From positions 1 to 36,672 of IMG/VR virus record IMGVR_UViG_3300030376_003444: a DNA stretch of 36,672 nt; one strand, given 5' to 3'. The DNA comes from a virus (Duplodnaviria; Caudoviricetes). Both the position numbers and the translations under genes were made by a program. Positions 36,457-36,672 of this stretch are shown here, one piece after another. How positions within the stretch are numbered: the first letter of the stretch is position 1; every line of letters begins with the position of its first letter. The notes below the pieces were generated by a model. That model saw nothing but the letters and a program-made list of their open reading frames with translations, made no database searches and was not told the origin of the DNA.

Positions 36457-36627
36457 TTTAATTTTGAGGATCACCGGAAGGGTTCTTCATTTCCTGTGAT
36501 CACCCCTCAGGGCACAGGAATGAACGGTCCCTGAGGATGATCCTCAAAATATCCTCACTGAAAAACATTGATAACACTCAGGAAGGCGTAGGCGTAAGCG
36601 GAGGCGTAACGGAGTGATCCTTAACAC
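36386..36627. repeat. ~240-bp imperfect inverted repeat (giant hairpin/cruciform)
   Basis: Nested perfect stems 36425-36438/36574-36587 (14 bp), 36447-36455/36559-36567 (9 bp), 36461-36473/36538-36550 (13 bp); 36486-36498/36513-36524 (12 bp, one bulge); periodic outer stems. Confidence 0.92.
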
Positions 36628-36672
36628 TTGTAACATGTAGAATGCAATAGGACTAAGAATGGGTAGCCTGTT

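Larger units (their letters stand above)
1..36672 (-). mobile_element. T7-like (Autographiviridae) phage genome, partial
   Basis: Co-oriented genes in T7 order: RNAP, SSB, endonuclease I, primase-helicase, DNA polymerase, exonuclease, portal, scaffold, capsid, tail tubes A/B, internal virion proteins, fibre. No host genes seen. Confidence 0.97.

Noticed and set aside
36386-36627. CRISPR array, tRNA or IS end as explanation of the terminal repeats
   Set aside because: No repeat-spacer periodicity, cloverleaf or transposase; the structure is one nested inverted repeat.

Overview
The window is most of the genome of a T7-like podophage (Autographiviridae), with all credible genes on the minus strand. 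Read from right to left: early genes (GP88-like, DUF932-like, PD-(D/E)XK, HNH, hypotheticals); a compact single-subunit RNA polymerase; the replication module (SSB, endonuclease I, primase-helicase, family A DNA polymerase, exonuclease, dNMP kinase); portal, scaffold and a holin/spanin-like cassette placed unusually before the major capsid gene; tail tubular proteins A and B with large insertions; internal virion proteins; and a multi-gene tail fibre cut off at the left edge. I found no terminase, ligase, integrase or endolysin in the window. The most striking unexplained element is a ~240-bp imperfect inverted repeat at the early end (36386-36627). It contains five consecutive GNA/GNA 3x3 internal loops with co-varying stems, has a bistable core and buries the start codon of the first gene. 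Other points: a strand-polarised 8-mer and a 35-bp repeat in the early region, a near-consensus sigma70 promoter encoded inside the RNAP C-terminus, several translationally coupled micro-ORFs missed by the ORF track, and matching end motifs on the tail-fibre genes. All family calls come from motif recognition by eye; no searches were run.
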